A DNA stretch of 63,857 bases, filler included, from Sphingomonadaceae bacterium (GCA_050261575.1; 8 parts of 8 records of this genome joined end to end with filler, not necessarily neighbours in it); one strand, 5' to 3'; positions 26,904-37,702 are shown, numbered from the whole stretch's first letter. Program-made: numbers and translations. The notes: generated from the letters alone by a model not told the origin.

Positions 26904-27260
26904 TCAGCCTTCCACCAGCCGGCACTTCGCCACCGTCTGCGCCCCGTGCTCCTGCGGCAGATTCCCCAGCGACTCCTCCAGCCCCTCGAACCACGCCTGG
27001 TACTCGCTGCCGTCCAGGTCCTCGAAGGCCACCCGTTCTCGCGCTCGAGCCGCCCACAGGTCCCTGCTCAGTTCGGCCCCGCTCCGCATCTCGCTCGATC
27101 CATCAAGCAACACCAGCGGCAGCCCGGCCGCCGGGACCCCCTCGCACCGCACCTCGAAGCCCCACTCCCGCCGGGACCCCGCCGCCGGCGCGTACTCCAG
27201 CTCCAGGCCCCGCACCACCGGCCCGGACGCGCCCCCACATCCCGCCAGCTCCACCCGCAG
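26904..27260 (-). CDS. Hypothetical protein, 3' fragment; possibly phage structural
   Basis: Open to the contig end; immediately upstream of the holin-like gene. Confidence 0.45.
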   Translation of the reverse strand: MRVELAGCGGASGPVVRGLELEYAPAAGSRREWGFEVRCEGVPAAGLPLVLLDGSSEMRSGAELSRDLWAARARERVAFEDLDGSEYQAWFEGLEESLGNLPQEHGAQTVAKCRLVEG

Positions 27261-27360
27261 NNNNNNNNNNNNNNNNNNNNNNNNNNNNNNNNNNNNNNNN
27301 NNNNTTAATTAATTAANNNNNNNNNNNNNNNNNNNNNNNNNNNNNNNNNNNNNNNNNNNN

Positions 27361-27496
27361 TCGCCCCGCACTTGCCGAACTGGCCTTTCATCACCATGGC
27401 GACCGTGGCGCCGCGCTGGCGCGCCTCCAGGGCCGCTCTGGCCGCCGCGCCGCCTCCTCCGATCACCAGCACGTCCGCATCCAGTACCTTTGTCAT
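27361..27496 (-). CDS. FAD-binding SdhA/FrdA/NadB-family flavoprotein, 5' fragment
   Basis: DVLVIGGGGAAARAA Rossmann motif. Confidence 0.8.
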
Positions 27497-27659
27497 ACAG
27501 GTCACCTCCGCGCGCCCGCTCGCGTTGCTCCTGGAACCGTGAAGCCTTCTCTATGGTTGCCTGGATCGGGCACGCCGCTCGGATCCCTCGCGTTCCCCAA
27601 TCGAGTGGCGCGGTCCCTCCTGCTCGGGATTGGCTACAGCCTGGAATAGGGTATCTCCT

Positions 27660-29336
27660 TTAGCCGCTGGGCTCAATCGAATGGTGGTGGTTGCCGCTCC
27701 TGTCTCGGTGCTCGGGCCGGAGTAGGCTGAGGAGCGCCAGTCCGCCCGCGAGGGCGAGCTGGCCGTGGTGCCCGCTGATGGGCGCTAGCCCTCCCGTGGC
27801 CGCCAAGGTTGCGATCGCCACCAGCGGATTCCCGTAGCTGGCGGAGTACAACACGCCGGCGGCGTAGCAAAACACCATGTAGTGGGGGTGCAGCACCGGT
27901 ATCGACAGTATGTGCACAGTCGCCACCAGCAGCGCCACCCTCATCACCCGACCGTCCCGAGCAGCCAGCAGCGAGGCCGCCACCACCATCGCTGCGGGGA
28001 AGTAGGACGGGTTGCGCTGGAGCCAGGAGCCGAGGGCCTCGGGTAGGTGGGGCTGCAGGAGCATCAGCAGCACCGCTTGATGGCCGGATGCCTGGCGCTG
28101 CCCCTGCAGCCGCATGGCGAAGTCGATCGCTTCGGGGTCGGTCAAGACGAACGGCAGAGCCACTATCCCCAAAGTGGTGGCGAAGGCGCCGAGGAACACC
28201 ACCTTCTCTTGCAGCTCGCGCTGCACGAGGAAGTGTATGATCAGAGGGAGCGCCAGGAACGCGGCCTCGGTCCGCGTGGCCACCCCCAGGGCGATCAGGA
28301 TCCCACACAGCCAGTCGCGTCGGTGACAGACGAGGGCTGCGACGGTGAAAGCTGCCGCGGCGCTCACCGGCCGGTCGTTGCTGGTGATCACCAGAGGCGA
28401 GAGCATCACGAGCGCGGCCACCACCAATCCCCAGATGCCCCTCCATCGCTCCCTCGTCTGGGAGAAGACCAGCAGGGCCAGAGCAACGTCGGCCAGCGCG
28501 GAGACCAGCTTGACCGCCCACGGAGTCGGCAGCTTCGTCACGTTCTCGAACAGCCAGTAGAAGGGCGCCACCATGATCGGGAAGAGGGGCAGATGGGCGA
28601 AGATGTACGTCTGCGGTCGGTAGTCGTGGTAGTAGCGGAACGGCGGCCATCCCAATATGGTGAAGGCCACGGAGAGCAAGTCGTTCATGTCGCCGGCATG
28701 GAATTCCTTGACGATCTGCCATCGCTGGATCAGTCCAGCGACCAGGACCGCGGTCAGGAGGACGGCGAGGATTGGGTGGCGCAGGCACAGCCGGAAGGCG
28801 CGGCCCGGCAGACGGACGATCTGGCGCGGTAGGCAGGCCAAACGGCGAGCCGCCGAACCCAGCAACTCGCCGGTTCCTCTCTTCTGAACCGCGGCTGCCA
28901 GGGTGAGCTCCTGGCCGACGAAAACCAAGAAGGCGGCCAGGCCGGCTATCCAGATGTAGAGGGACCGCAGGTTCCCGTCGAACACCACGGGGAATGGCAG
29001 CCTCCCGGCGAGGAAGACCACCGCCACTGGGATCAGGGAGAGGGTGGTGAGCGCCATCAAGGGGATGGACCTGTTCAACCCGTCTGGCAGGCTCAAGCCG
29101 CCGAGGCGGCTCATCAACCACAGGAAAACGGCCCACCAGAGAGAACACCCCCCGAGCAACAGCAGGTAGGTGGCAACCCACGCCAGCCGAATCTCGGTCA
29201 GCCTGGTAGGCCCTGCGATGACGATGGTTGCCAGCATCGACATGCCGATCAGCCCTGTGGCGAACAGGAGGGCGGTGGGCCACCGGCGAGAGTCGGTTGT
29301 GCCCGAAGGGGAGATCTGTCGAGAGGTCGACAACAT
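27660..29336 (-). CDS. Polytopic membrane protein, GT-C (GT87-like) candidate
   Basis: More than 12 TM segments; HAGDMND, FAHLPLFP, GVATRTE. Confidence 0.55.
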   Translation of the reverse strand: MLSTSRQISPSGTTDSRRWPTALLFATGLIGMSMLATIVIAGPTRLTEIRLAWVATYLLLLGGCSLWWAVFLWLMSRLGGLSLPDGLNRSIPLMALTTLSLIPVAVVFLAGRLPFPVVFDGNLRSLYIWIAGLAAFLVFVGQELTLAAAVQKRGTGELLGSAARRLACLPRQIVRLPGRAFRLCLRHPILAVLLTAVLVAGLIQRWQIVKEFHAGDMNDLLSVAFTILGWPPFRYYHDYRPQTYIFAHLPLFPIMVAPFYWLFENVTKLPTPWAVKLVSALADVALALLVFSQTRERWRGIWGLVVAALVMLSPLVITSNDRPVSAAAAFTVAALVCHRRDWLCGILIALGVATRTEAAFLALPLIIHFLVQRELQEKVVFLGAFATTLGIVALPFVLTDPEAIDFAMRLQGQRQASGHQAVLLMLLQPHLPEALGSWLQRNPSYFPAAMVVAASLLAARDGRVMRVALLVATVHILSIPVLHPHYMVFCYAAGVLYSASYGNPLVAIATLAATGGLAPISGHHGQLALAGGLALLSLLRPEHRDRSGNHHHSIEPSG

Positions 29337-29571
29337 GGGGCCGGTCCTACCCCTTGAAGTGCAGATTCCGCTGCCGGACAGGCCCAGGCACAGTTGCCTG
29401 CTTCCGGCCAGTGGTGGTAGGTGGGGGATGGATCGTCAACCCGCCCGGTTGCGGCGGATGGCCACTCCCAGCAAGACGCAATTATATGCGGCTCAGCGCC
29501 TCAGCAGCAACAACCACCTTCAGGCGATCGCGTCGGAGGCGAGCCAGGACCGGAGACGGTCCGCGCGATGG

Positions 29572-30579
29572 CTACACCAGGTACCTCTCGAACCAGGCGA
29601 GGGTTCGCCCCCAGGCGTCGTAGGCGGCCTGCTCGTTCCAGTTGGCCCCAGTGTCGTTGTGGAAGGCGTGGTTTGCCCCGGGGTAGACCACTCTCTCGAA
29701 GGTCTTGCCGTTCTGCCGCATTGCCTCCTCGATGGCCGGGATGCCCGCGTTGATCCGCTGGTCGTTCTCGCCGTATATGGCGAGCACCGCGGCCCGGATC
29801 TTCGGCACGTCCTGGAGGGGAGGGTTGGGACCATAGTAGGGCACGGCCGCCTTGAGGTCCGGGATCGCCGTTGCCACCATCCAGGTCACTCCGCCCCCGA
29901 AGCAGAAGCCCACCATGCCCACGTTGACTCCCTGAACGAAGTCGAGGGTCTGAAGATAGCTGAAGGCGGACCGGAAGTCGGTGACATTGCGGGCAGGGTT
30001 CGCCGTCAGGCGACCTGGTACCTGTGCGGGGTCCACTTTGGCAGTCCCTCCGTCGCGCGAGAGCAGGTCCACGGCGAGGGCCACGTAGCCGGCCTTCGCC
30101 AGCCGCCTGGTGACGTCCCGTATGTGCTCGACCAGCCCCCTGTTCTCGTGGCACACCAGGACTGCAGGGAAGGGTCCTCCCGACTTGGGTCGGGCGAGGT
30201 AGCCCATCAGGGACGTTCCCTCGCCGGGGAAGGTGACGTCGGAGGCTGCGATATCGGGGTCGTCCGGCTTCACCGAGAACTTGCTGCGCGCCTGGGAGGG
30301 GGTAGGGGCCGGGGGCGGCGTGCCGGCCGGGCCGGCACCTGCCGGCGTGCCCGAGGGGGTGCTGGCTGCCGCTCCTGAGGGTTTGCCGGGCGGGGCTGGC
30401 GACGGGGGAGTCGCGGGCGCACAACCCAGCGTCAGCAGGAGGGTGGCGGCGGAGGCCACGCCCCCGGTGATGCCGATGACGCGGGCCAGTAGCTCCCTGC
30501 GGGTCATGCGGCCCTCGTGGTAGTCGTCTACGAACTCCTGGGCCAGATACGCTTGCAGGTGGTTCAGCCGCGGTTCCAT
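29572..30579 (-). CDS. Dienelactone hydrolase family protein, exported (Tat-like/lipoprotein)
   Basis: MTRRELL...LTLGC; HENRGL, GFCFGG, HAFHND. Confidence 0.9.
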   Translation of the reverse strand: MEPRLNHLQAYLAQEFVDDYHEGRMTRRELLARVIGITGGVASAATLLLTLGCAPATPPSPAPPGKPSGAAASTPSGTPAGAGPAGTPPPAPTPSQARSKFSVKPDDPDIAASDVTFPGEGTSLMGYLARPKSGGPFPAVLVCHENRGLVEHIRDVTRRLAKAGYVALAVDLLSRDGGTAKVDPAQVPGRLTANPARNVTDFRSAFSYLQTLDFVQGVNVGMVGFCFGGGVTWMVATAIPDLKAAVPYYGPNPPLQDVPKIRAAVLAIYGENDQRINAGIPAIEEAMRQNGKTFERVVYPGANHAFHNDTGANWNEQAAYDAWGRTLAWFERYLV

Positions 30580-30725
30580 CTCGTCTTGCTCCCCAAACTG
30601 TCTGCCGTGATCCAGCTACCTGGTCGACCGCATCGCCGCGGGAAGCAGACTGATACCGCAATCGATGTGCCATGTTGCTGTTGCCCGGACGGGGTGCGGC
30701 AGGAGTGGGCAGGGGGCGATTGAGG

Positions 30726-30773
30726 CAAGGGAGCTCCGGGGCTGGTTACCCTACCGGCCCCGGAACTCCCTTG
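30726..30773 (-). terminator. Hairpin downstream of clpB
   Basis: CAAGGGAGCTCCGGGGCTGGT ... ACCGGCCCCGGAACTCCCTTG. Confidence 0.6.
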
Positions 30774-30835
30774 GCGACGACTCAACTGCCGGCGTCTGTG
30801 GCCAGCTTCTCGGAGATCGAAGTGAACCGTGCTGG

Positions 30836-33445
30836 CTACGATGCCGTCCCCGCTGGCTGCTTCGCCGCGAAGGTCAGCCTGCCGTTCACGGCGTCCACCA
30901 CCACGGTGTCACCCGGCTTGAACTCCCCCTGCAGCACCTTCATCGCCAGTGGGTCCAACACCCTCCGCTGGAGCGTCCGCTTGAGGGGTCGCGCGCCGTA
31001 GACGGGGTCGAAGCCCTCGGCGGCCAGGGTGTCCTTGGCGACGTCGGTCAGCTCGATCCCGATCTTCCTCTCTTCCAGCCGTTTCTGCAGCCGGCTCAAC
31101 TGGATCTCGACTATGCGCTTCAGGTGGGACATCTCCAGCGGGTGGAACACCACGATCTCGTCGATCCGGTTCAGGAACTCGGGGCGGAAGTGGGCGCGCA
31201 ACGCCTCTGCCACCTGCTCCCGCACCTGCCTCATCTCGACGCCCGCCGTCTGGCCGAGCCGGTACAGCTCGCTGCCCACGTTGGAGGTCATGACGATCAC
31301 CGTGTTCTTGAAGTCCACGGTGCGACCCTGCCCGTCGGTCAGGCGGCCGTCGTCGAGGATCTGCAGCATGACGTTGAACACCTCCGGGTGGGCCTTCTCG
31401 ATCTCGTCGAACAGCACCACGCTGTACGGCCGCCGCCGGACTGCCTCAGTGAGCTGCCCCCCCTCCTCGTAGCCGACGTAGCCCGGGGGTGCGCCGATCA
31501 GGCGGGAGACGGTGTGCTTCTCCTGGTATTCGCTCATGTCGATGCGGACCATCGCTTGCTCGTCGTCGAAGAGGAACTCCGCGAGCGCCCTGGCCAGTTC
31601 CGTTTTCCCGACGCCGGTTGGGCCCAGGAAGATGAAGCTGCCCAGCGGCCGGTTGGGATCCTGGAGCCCCGCCCTGGCCCGCCGCACGGCGTTGGACACC
31701 GCCTGGATCGCCTCGTCCTGGCCCACCACTCGCAGATGGAGCCGCTCCTCCATCCTGAGCAGCTTCTGGATCTCGCCCTCCATCAGCCTGCTCACCGGGA
31801 TGCCGGTCCACTTGCCGACCACCTCGGCGATGTCCTCCTCGTCCACCTCTTCCTTCAGCATCTGGTGGCCGTTCTGTCGGGAGGCCAGCTTCGCCTCTTC
31901 GTCCGCCAGCCGTCGGGTCAGCTCGTTGAGGCGACCGTACTTCAGTTCCGCTGCCCGAGCGTAGTTGGATTGCCGCTCCGCCATCTCGGCCTCCTGGCGG
32001 ACCTGCTCTATCTCTTCCTTCAGGCTCCGGAGCCGCTGGATGCTCCCCTTCTCCTCCTGCCACTGGATCTTCATCTGGTCAATCTGCCCCTGAAGAGATG
32101 CCAGCTCCTTCTCAAGGTTGTCCAGCCGCTCCCTGGAGGTGGGATCGGTCTCCTTTCGCAGCGCCTCCCGCTCGATCTGCAGTTGCATGATCCGCCGCTC
32201 GATCTCGTCGAGCTCCACCGGCATGCTGTCGATCTCCATCCTCAGCCTGGAGGCGGCCTCGTCTATCAGGTCGATCGCCTTGTCCGGCAGGAAGCGGTCG
32301 GCGATGTAGCGATGGGAGAGGACGGCTGCCGCCACGAGGGCGCCGTCCTTGATGCGCACCCCGTGGTGGATCTCGTACCGTTCCTTCAGGCCGCGAAGGA
32401 TGCTGATCGTGTCCTCCACCGTGGGCTCCTGCACCAGGATCGGCTGGAAGCGGCGCTCCAGAGCCGCGTCCTTCTCCACGTGCTTGCGGTACTCCTCCAG
32501 GGTGGTGGCGCCGATGGTGTGCAACTCGCCCCGGGCGAGCATAGGCTTCAGCATGTTGGAGGCGTCCATGGCCCCCTCGGCGGCTCCCGCGCCCACCACT
32601 GTGTGCAGCTCGTCGATGAAGAGGATTATCTCCCCCTCGGACTCCTGGATCTCCTTCAGCACCGCCTTCAGGCGCTCCTCGAACTCGCCCCTGTACTTCG
32701 CGCCAGCGATCAAGGACCCAAGGTCGAGCGCCACCACGCGCCGGTTCTTCAGCCCGTCCGGTACGTCGCCCCGCACGATCCGCTGGGCCAGCCCCTCCAC
32801 GATGGCGGTCTTGCCGACGCCGGGCTCACCCATCAGGACGGGGTTGTTCTTGGTTCGTCGGGAGAGGACCTGGATGACGCGGCGGATCTCCTCGTCGCGG
32901 CCGATCACCGGGTCCAGCTTGCCTTTTCGGGCCATCTCCGTCAGGTCGCGGCCGTACTTCTGCAGTGCCTGGTACTTGCCCTCTGGGTTCTGGTCGGTCA
33001 CCCGTTGCCCGCCTCGGATGGAGGTGAGGACCTGATAGATCCTCTCCCGGGTGATCCCCTGCTGCCGGAGGATCCGTCCGGCGGCGCCCTTGTCCTGCTC
33101 GTCGACCGCGGCGATCAGAAGATGCTCTGTGCTGATGTACTCGTCCTTCAGCCTCTCCGCCTCGGACTCTGCGTTGCGGAGCATCTGGGTGAGGCGCGCG
33201 GAGGCGTAGAGCTGCCCGCCGTACACCTTTGGGAATCGCGCGATCTCCGCGCGGAACTGCTGGGCGAGTCTCGCGGGGGGCACGCCCAGCTTCTGGGCGA
33301 TCTCCGGCACCACCCCGCCCTGCTGCTCCAGCAGGGCGAGCAGCAGGTGCTCCGGCTCCAACTGGCTGTTGCTATGCTCCTCCGCCAATCTCTGGGCGGA
33401 GGCTAAGGCCTCCTGGGCCTTCTCGGTCAGTCTATTCGCGATCAT
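30836..33445 (-). CDS. clpB: Chaperone ClpB
   Basis: Two AAA+ modules ([16 protein letters not shown]) and a coiled-coil M domain; 869 aa. Confidence 0.97.
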   Translation of the reverse strand: MIANRLTEKAQEALASAQRLAEEHSNSQLEPEHLLLALLEQQGGVVPEIAQKLGVPPARLAQQFRAEIARFPKVYGGQLYASARLTQMLRNAESEAERLKDEYISTEHLLIAAVDEQDKGAAGRILRQQGITRERIYQVLTSIRGGQRVTDQNPEGKYQALQKYGRDLTEMARKGKLDPVIGRDEEIRRVIQVLSRRTKNNPVLMGEPGVGKTAIVEGLAQRIVRGDVPDGLKNRRVVALDLGSLIAGAKYRGEFEERLKAVLKEIQESEGEIILFIDELHTVVGAGAAEGAMDASNMLKPMLARGELHTIGATTLEEYRKHVEKDAALERRFQPILVQEPTVEDTISILRGLKERYEIHHGVRIKDGALVAAAVLSHRYIADRFLPDKAIDLIDEAASRLRMEIDSMPVELDEIERRIMQLQIEREALRKETDPTSRERLDNLEKELASLQGQIDQMKIQWQEEKGSIQRLRSLKEEIEQVRQEAEMAERQSNYARAAELKYGRLNELTRRLADEEAKLASRQNGHQMLKEEVDEEDIAEVVGKWTGIPVSRLMEGEIQKLLRMEERLHLRVVGQDEAIQAVSNAVRRARAGLQDPNRPLGSFIFLGPTGVGKTELARALAEFLFDDEQAMVRIDMSEYQEKHTVSRLIGAPPGYVGYEEGGQLTEAVRRRPYSVVLFDEIEKAHPEVFNVMLQILDDGRLTDGQGRTVDFKNTVIVMTSNVGSELYRLGQTAGVEMRQVREQVAEALRAHFRPEFLNRIDEIVVFHPLEMSHLKRIVEIQLSRLQKRLEERKIGIELTDVAKDTLAAEGFDPVYGARPLKRTLQRRVLDPLAMKVLQGEFKPGDTVVVDAVNGRLTFAAKQPAGTAS

Positions 33446-33612
33446 GGGGCTCCACCTCCGGCATCATCGCGGGTACGCCCGAGTGCGCAACTCGGGGTGT
33501 GGGCGCAGGGCGGAGACTCCTCCCCCGGCGGCCGGGACCGGGAGGCAGGGGCCTGCCCCCTGCCTCCCGGTGTGTGGCGCGCCACCGCACCGTAGCGGTG
33601 CTCTGGCGCCGT

Positions 33613-33966
33613 CTAGGTCGCTTCCCCCAGCATCGCCCTGAGGCGTCGGATCTCCGCCTCGTATTGCTCCCGCATCAGGACCATCCGCTGCTCCAGCTCG
33701 TTGATCCTCTCGGTCATGTTCAAGATCACCTCGACACCTGCCAGGTTGACTCCGAGTTCCTCGATGAGTCGCCTGATCTGCTGGGCTCGCTGGATATCTC
33801 TCATGGAGTAGAGGCGGATGTTGCCCTGGGAGCGGCCAGGCTCCAGCAGACCCAGCCGCTCGTAGTAGCGCAAGGTCTGCTGGTGGACGTTCACCAGCTT
33901 TGCGGCGACGCTGATCACGAAGCATGGCTCCTGTTCGGCGCCGTTCCTCGGATCTCTCGGATTCAT
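33613..33966 (-). CDS. hspR: MerR-family heat-shock repressor HspR
   Basis: ISVAAKLVNVHQQTLRYYERLGL, LGVNLAGV; lies between dnaJ and clpB. Confidence 0.9.
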   Translation of the reverse strand: MNPRDPRNGAEQEPCFVISVAAKLVNVHQQTLRYYERLGLLEPGRSQGNIRLYSMRDIQRAQQIRRLIEELGVNLAGVEVILNMTERINELEQRMVLMREQYEAEIRRLRAMLGEAT

Positions 33967-33971
33967 CTTCT

Positions 33972-34922
33972 CTACTTCCTCAGTCTAGCCAGTTCCTGGA
34001 ATAGCTCCCTCTCTCGCGGGCTGAGGTTGGTGGGGAGCACCGCCTTCACCCTGGCGTACAGGTCGCCGCGTCCACCTCCCTGCAGGTGGGGCATCCCCTG
34101 TCCCGCCAGGCGGAACTGCTTGGCGTTCTGGGTCTCCGGAGGGATCCTCAGGGCTAGCTTGGTCCCCTTGGGGGTGGGCACGTGGGCTTCGCCGCCAAGC
34201 ATCAGGGTCGTCAGGGGGACCGGGACCTCGACGTAGAGATCGTCGCCCTTCCTCTCGAAGTTGGGATCAGGGCGGACGGAGATCACCAGGAAGAGGTCGC
34301 CCCTGGGGCCGCCGGCAAAGCCCGGCGCGCCCTCGCCCGCGACGCGCACCCGAGAGCCATCCCTGACGCCCGCGGGGATCTTCACCTCCAGCCGCCGCGT
34401 GGCCGGGGACTCCAACTGCAGGAAGCGGGTGGTGCCGGAGAATGCCTCGGCGAAGGAGATCTCCAGGGGGTGCTCCACGTCCTCGCCACGCGTAGGGGCG
34501 GGCCTGGCTCGAGTCCCACCCCGGCTCCTGGCGCCGGTGCCCCGCAGGATCTCCTCCAGGATCTCGGAGAACCCGGTGCCGCCGAAGCCGCCGAAGGGTG
34601 ACTCGGTGCCTGTCTCCCATCGCCACGTGTACGGTCCGGACGCATCCTGGAAGCCGCCGAAGCCGGCCTTCCTGGCCGCCTCCTCTTGCGCGTCCATCTC
34701 TCGCCATCGGTGGCCGAAACGATCGTACTTTGCGCGCTTGTCGGGATCGGAGAGCACCTCGTAGGCCTCGCCGATCTCCTTGAACCTGGCCTCAGCGCTC
34801 TTGTCGTTTGGGTTGACGTCTGGGTGGTACTTGCGGGCCAGCCGACGGTACGCCTGCCTGATCTCCTTGTCGGAGGCGCCGCGACCAACGCCCAGGATGT
34901 CGTAGTAGTCTCGCGTAGCCAT
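33972..34922 (-). CDS. DnaJ-class chaperone without zinc finger (CbpA-like)
   Basis: J domain with HPD, G/F region, C-terminal domain, no CxxCxGxG. Confidence 0.9.
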   Translation of the reverse strand: MATRDYYDILGVGRGASDKEIRQAYRRLARKYHPDVNPNDKSAEARFKEIGEAYEVLSDPDKRAKYDRFGHRWREMDAQEEAARKAGFGGFQDASGPYTWRWETGTESPFGGFGGTGFSEILEEILRGTGARSRGGTRARPAPTRGEDVEHPLEISFAEAFSGTTRFLQLESPATRRLEVKIPAGVRDGSRVRVAGEGAPGFAGGPRGDLFLVISVRPDPNFERKGDDLYVEVPVPLTTLMLGGEAHVPTPKGTKLALRIPPETQNAKQFRLAGQGMPHLQGGGRGDLYARVKAVLPTNLSPRERELFQELARLRK

Positions 34923-34942
34923 CTGACCATCTCCTCGATGGT

Positions 34943-35051
34943 ATTCTATGTCTTGAGCCTATCATTGTCAAGATTAGTGTCGCACCCAATGTCAGAAATT
35001 GATAAGAATGCACTCAAACTACTTGACACGGACGCTGGCATAGAGTAACCT
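34943..35051. promoter_or_regulatory. Divergent sigma70 promoters with HAIR (HspR) operators
   Basis: HAIR-like CTTGAGC-N7-TGTCAAG (34952-34972) and ATTGATA-N7-ACTCAAA (34998-35018); minus TTGACA-N17-TAGAAT (34971-34943); plus TTGACA-N17-TAACCT (35023-35051). Confidence 0.8.
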
Positions 35052-35149
35052 GCGGGTGCGTAGGCGGGGCGCGGAGATACGCCCCGCAGGGCCGGCGGTC
35101 GGGCCGGCCCGAAGGACCGTTCGACACCCTTCGAAGGGAGGTTGGAAAG

Positions 35150-35605
35150 ATGGCTATCGTTCGGTGGAGTCCCGCGAGGGAGTTGCTGACGATGCGCGAG
35201 CAGATGGATCGGCTGATGGATGAGGCTTTCGGCTCCGTGTGGGGGCGCAGGCCGATCACCTGGAATGGCATGTCGGCCCAGATGCCCGTGGACGTCTATC
35301 AGACGGATAAGGACTACGTGGTGAAGGCCACCCTGCCGGGGGTGAAGGCCGAGGACTTGGACATCAGCATCGTGGGGGAGGCCCTGACCATCAAGGCCAC
35401 GGCCCAGGAGGAGCAGAACGTCGAGGAGGAGGATTGGCTGCTGAGGGAGAGCCGCTACACCTCCTTCGCCCGCACCATTACCCTGCCATCCGAGGTCCAG
35501 GCGGACAAGGTGGACGCCACCCTGGAGAACGGTATCCTCACCTTGAGACTGCCGAAGGCGGAGGCGCTCCAACCCAAGACCATCAAGGTGAGGAGCGCGA
35601 AGTAG
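35150..35605 (+). CDS. Hsp20/alpha-crystallin small heat-shock protein
   Basis: PVDVYQT, LPGVKAEDLDI, ATLENGILTLRLPK. Confidence 0.93.
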   Translation: MAIVRWSPARELLTMREQMDRLMDEAFGSVWGRRPITWNGMSAQMPVDVYQTDKDYVVKATLPGVKAEDLDISIVGEALTIKATAQEEQNVEEEDWLLRESRYTSFARTITLPSEVQADKVDATLENGILTLRLPKAEALQPKTIKVRSAK

Positions 35606-35633
35606 CCCACGGCGGGACCAGACGTAACGAATA

Positions 35634-35657
35634 CGGAGCCCCCGTACGGGGGCTCCG
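35634..35657. terminator. Perfect 24-bp palindrome between convergent genes
   Basis: CGGAGCCCCCGTACGGGGGCTCCG. Confidence 0.7.
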
Positions 35658-35682
35658 CTGATTCCTGGGATGCCTCTTCGGG

Positions 35683-35838
35683 CTACAGCTTCACACCGAA
35701 GAACTGCGATAGGATGAACAGGGTGAAGAAGAACCCGAAGAAAGGCATGGCACAGATCACCGTGACCTCGCGCCACACGGACAGCCAGCCGTCTGGCGCG
35801 GAGAACGGGAGCAATACTGCGGCTTCGTTGCCGAGCAT
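35683..35838 (-). CDS. Small 51-aa membrane protein, below the ORF-track cutoff
   Basis: GGAGG 6 nt before ATG; MLGNEAAVLLPFSAPDGWLSVWREVTVICAMPFFGFFFTLFILSQFFGVKL. Confidence 0.55.
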   Translation of the reverse strand: MLGNEAAVLLPFSAPDGWLSVWREVTVICAMPFFGFFFTLFILSQFFGVKL

Positions 35839-36129
35839 TACGTTCCTCCGCTCGTCTCGACCCGCCGAGGCTACGACAGTGTGGCCTCGCGGTCATGCAT
35901 CATTGCACTGCCTAGAGAGAGCAGAAACCGGTGTCTCGCGGAACGAATCGAACCACAGCGGTTCTCGCGGTAACTGTAAACTCGATCGACGGGCCGCGTT
36001 ATACACTACCTGGGGCAGGGAAAGTCAACGGTCGCTCGGCCCTGCCGCGGTCTCTTGGTTGTCATCCCGAGCACGTTCGATCCCACGTGGCCGCAAAGAG
36101 CCATCTCCGATCGAGTGGAAGAGGCGGCC

Positions 36130-36378
36130 TTGAACGCTCTGCTCTTGCGGGTTAAGATTGTTGGCACGGGTGGCCCATTGCCGCCCCTGCCGGCGTGGAC
36201 GCTGGTCTGCCAGTTCGACGCGACCGCCAGCATCCGCTGGGGCAAGGCCTCCTGGGGCTCCGAACGGCCTGTCCTGAAGTGGCGGGGCGAGGAGCCAGAG
36301 ATCGCTCGGGCCGCGGGCCGGTTCGCGGGTCGAGGAGGTATCACCGAAGATGTGGTGCTAGGAAGGCGCCTCTGTTGA
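36130..36378 (+). CDS. NIL-domain-like protein (divergent)
   Basis: WTLVCQFDATASIR...VLKWRGEEPEIARA resembles NIL domains; overlaps the next start. Confidence 0.45.
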   Translation: MNALLLRVKIVGTGGPLPPLPAWTLVCQFDATASIRWGKASWGSERPVLKWRGEEPEIARAAGRFAGRGGITEDVVLGRRLC

Positions 36379-36686
36379 CCAGAGTCCGTATTCCGGTGGC
36401 CCTGCGCCGTCACACCGACGGCAAGGCGCGGCTGGAGTTGCCGGAGGATACCGTCGGCGAGTGCCTGGCCGAGCTGGAACGGCGATTCCCGGGGCTGCGT
36501 GGTGAGCTGAGAGACGACGACGGCCGGCTCGCGTCCGCGGTCAACCTCTACGTCAACGGCCAGGACGTGCGCTACCTGTCCTCTCTGGAGACCCCTTTGG
36601 GAGCCGACGACGAGTTGACGATACTGCTCCCGGTGGCTGGAGGCGAGGCAGGTGTTGAGTTCCAGGTCTTGAGTGCCGGGTGCTGA
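36375..36686 (+). CDS. MoaD/ThiS/CysO-family sulfur carrier with an extension after the Gly-Gly
   Basis: VRIPVALR, VNLYVNGQDVRYL, ILLPVAGG then EAGVEFQVLSAGC. Confidence 0.85.
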   Translation: MTRVRIPVALRRHTDGKARLELPEDTVGECLAELERRFPGLRGELRDDDGRLASAVNLYVNGQDVRYLSSLETPLGADDELTILLPVAGGEAGVEFQVLSAGC

Positions 36687-36730
36687 GTGCTGGGCACCCA
36701 GTCCTGGAAGTCGGTTCAAAGGAGACTGCC

Positions 36731-37413
36731 GTGGATCGGGACTTGTTGGCGGCCCTGGAGACGGGCGCGCTTGTGTGCGATGGCGCGATGGGGACGATGT
36801 TGATGGCGAGTGGGGTGGAGTCCCGCTGCCCCGAGGAGATCAACATCGTTTCGCCGGATACGGTACTGGGCCTGCATGCCGCATACCTCGCGGCGGGGGC
36901 CGACGTGATAACCACCAACAGCTTCGGGGGCAGCCGCACCAAGATGGCCAAGGCGGGCGTGGCCGATCTGCTGTTCCAGGCGAACCTGGCGGCCGCGCGG
37001 ATCGCCCGTGAGGCCGCACGGGAAACCGCGCTGGTGGCGGGGTCGCTCGGCCCCCTCGGCGAGTTCCTCGAGCCGCTGGGTGAGCTGACCTACGAGCAGG
37101 CGGTGGCCATCTACCGAGAGCAGGCGGAGGCGCTGGCTGAGGGGGGCGTGGACTTCTTTCTGGTGGAGACCATGTTCGACCTGGGCGAGGCGAGGGCCGC
37201 CGTGGAGGGAGCAGCGTCCACCGGGCTTCCCGTGGCCTGTACGATGACTTTCGACACCGGCCTCCGCACGATGATGGGCGTCACACCGGCCCGCGCCGTG
37301 GCGGAGCTGCGTGCGGCGGGAGCGGTGGCGGTGGGCGCCAACTGCGGAGTCGGCCCCGATGAGACGCTGAAGGCGATCCAGGAGATGCACCAGGCCGATC
37401 CTTCTGCGCTGCT
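36731..37413 (+). CDS. Homocysteine S-methyltransferase domain protein (MetH N-terminal type), 3' truncated
   Basis: CDGAMGT, HAAYLAAGADVITTNSFG, GSLGPLG, VETMFD, GANC. Confidence 0.9.
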
Positions 37414-37702
37414 NNNNNNNNNNNNNNNNNNNNNNNNNNNNNNNNNNNNNNNNNNNNTTAATTAATTAANNNNNNNNNNNNNNNNNNNNNNNNNNNNNNN
37501 NNNNNNNNNNNNNTGAGGCATGTCACTTGCCAACCTGCGTAGGTTACCTCCAGGCCCGGTGCGGCTCCAGGCAGGTGGCAGAGAGAGACCGCGGCTTCGG
37601 GTGACCCCAAGCCCGCCACGACGCAGCGCCGCCCGCGCTCGCGTCGGGCGCCCTGGACCCGCCCCCGCTCGCTGGAGGTGAAGCGAGCCCATCGGAAAGG
37701 CG

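Noticed and set aside
30665..33406. Long antisense or alternate-frame ORFs (913 aa opposite clpB, 687 aa opposite pepA, 573 aa opposite the cytochrome, and others)
   Set aside because: Shadow frames of high-GC coding sequence with no motifs.
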